From: Botryllus schlosseri
Taxonomy: Eukaryota
NCBI GenBank assembly: GCA_051294905.1
Contig: CM119373.1
Coordinates: 1,614,001 to 1,678,000 of the forward strand
DNA length: 64,000 nucleotides
Reading direction: 5' to 3'
Made by a program: the position numbers and the translations under genes. Of the stretch, positions 62,635 through 64,000 are shown piece by piece; within the stretch, counting starts at the first letter, position 1, and every line of letters starts with the position of its first letter. Below the pieces are notes generated by a model. That model ran no database searches, had not been told where the DNA came from, and saw only the letters and a list, made by a program, of their open reading frames with translations.

Positions 62635-63458
62635 CAGTGATTCTCAAACTGTGTGCTTCGTGAGATTAGTTTGCCGCCAAAGATTCTCAGGTGTGCCGCG
62701 TATCATTTTTTCATACATTTTAAAAATGAGGGATTTAGGCTAGCATATCCGACTTGAACGCGTTCAAATTGCTTCATTGCTGATAAATAACCACACGTGG
62801 CCATTGCAACGGAACCAATCCAATCACGGCATTGCCGATGAGTTGAGTAATTGACACATAACATGTGGACTGTTTCAAAGCAAGTCTTTACTTGTTTCAA
62901 ACTCCCAATGAATCAACTCACAATCAAAAAAATTGCTCAGCATAGCGTTGGCACACGGCCTCGACTTCATCGTACACTGCAATATAAATTCTCAGAATTT
63001 GTTGTTCGCGTTACGTGGGTTGATTGCATGTCCAGCAATAATTTTGCAGAGCAACAGATGATTGATTTACGAAACTCTACGTTTTTTAAACGGTGTTTGG
63101 GTGGGTTTTGACTGTCTTCTTCAAAATCCTATACCGGTACCATGATAGGTACAAAAGCAATCTGAATTTTATTGCGATTTTGATCTTCATGACTTGATAT
63201 GAACATTTGTTTATTGGTTTATCGTTTTGGCTAAAATTAAGAAAAAAAAACTATTCAAGAATTAAGAAAGACTACTTGAAAATGAAATTGACGACGATAT
63301 GTTTGTCAGAAATGCAAGCTGTTTCAGTCGTATAAAGAAGAATAGCCATCGTATTACCACGTATAATATTTTCAAAATGCAACTTTCTTGTAAGTGTGCC
63401 AGGGGTGTTTTATAATTTTTCTAGTGTGCCACATACCGAAAAAGTTTGGAGACCGCTG
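62635..63458. mobile_element. hAT (Buster-type) deletion derivative
   Basis: TIRs CAGTGATTCTCAAACT / AGTTTGGAGACCGCTG; TSD CTCTAGAG / ATCTAGAG; GTGTGCC subterminal motifs; weak VR*SRGRV transposase trace on minus strand near 62960. Confidence 0.8.
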
Positions 63459-64000
63459 ATCTAGAGTGTGCATTTGCGGGGGTCATGTGATCATCACAGT
63501 CCTGATTTCACAGAGGACGCTGTTTCTCAATAATTGTCCATTGCTGTCTTCCATGTATTCGTAGCTGCTCAGCATTTCTGGTGAATGTTCCCTGAGATCA
63601 TAGGTCTTTTTTGAGTAATACCAGTTCAAAATTACAAGACAGAAATATTAATTTACGGTAGGGACATCTAGATATCCCTGATTTACAGTAGCGAGACCGC
63701 TGTTGCCATTTACACCATAAACAAACTGCGCTAGTTCTGATGTCGCTATTGGCTGCTGATAAAATACTCGTCCTGAATAGTGGTGATTTATTTGTCACCA
63801 GTCTAAAATTATGTGTATCTTAGTACACAGTAGACGGCGCTTATGACTTCATGGATCGACCATCGGCAAGGGGTTCTACCTGTGGCAAACAATGACTCAC
63901 GGACGATTAAATTTGTTTTATGAACCCGTGACAAACTATTCAAATCCAGGAAAGATGGATATAAACTGGACACTCTCTTGGTACAACGGGGTTTGCTTAT

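Noticed and set aside
63560..64000. Possible exon or retroelement fragment at window end
   Set aside because: Stops in all frames and no recognisable motif.

Overview
Eukaryotic (animal, probably invertebrate; taxon not determinable from sequence alone) repeat-saturated genomic DNA with no recognisable host gene. The window is a nested transposon graveyard: the 3' end of a CACTA/EnSpm element with a spliced accessory gene (1-1522); a near-intact Buster/SPIN-type hAT transposon (2794-5962); a decayed Ac/hobo-type hAT element (12994-19991) carrying nested MITEs; two P-element/THAP9-like transposase relics; two interlocked opposite-strand Harbinger transposases; a CMC (EnSpm-like) transposase relic; a young Gypsy LTR retrotransposon (41773-45987) with an inverted gag; L2 and Penelope remnants; two tRNA-derived SINE families; and more than a dozen TSD-bounded MITEs. 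The most unusual items are (i) a decayed tyrosine-recombinase-like ORF with an FNARRGGEP motif (~35110-36400) that has no visible element boundaries and (ii) an 805-bp GG...CC foldback element with an 8-bp TSD whose core is a head-to-head array of telomere-like TTAGGG/CCCTAA repeats (29873-30677). Family assignments come from motif recognition by eye, not database searches.
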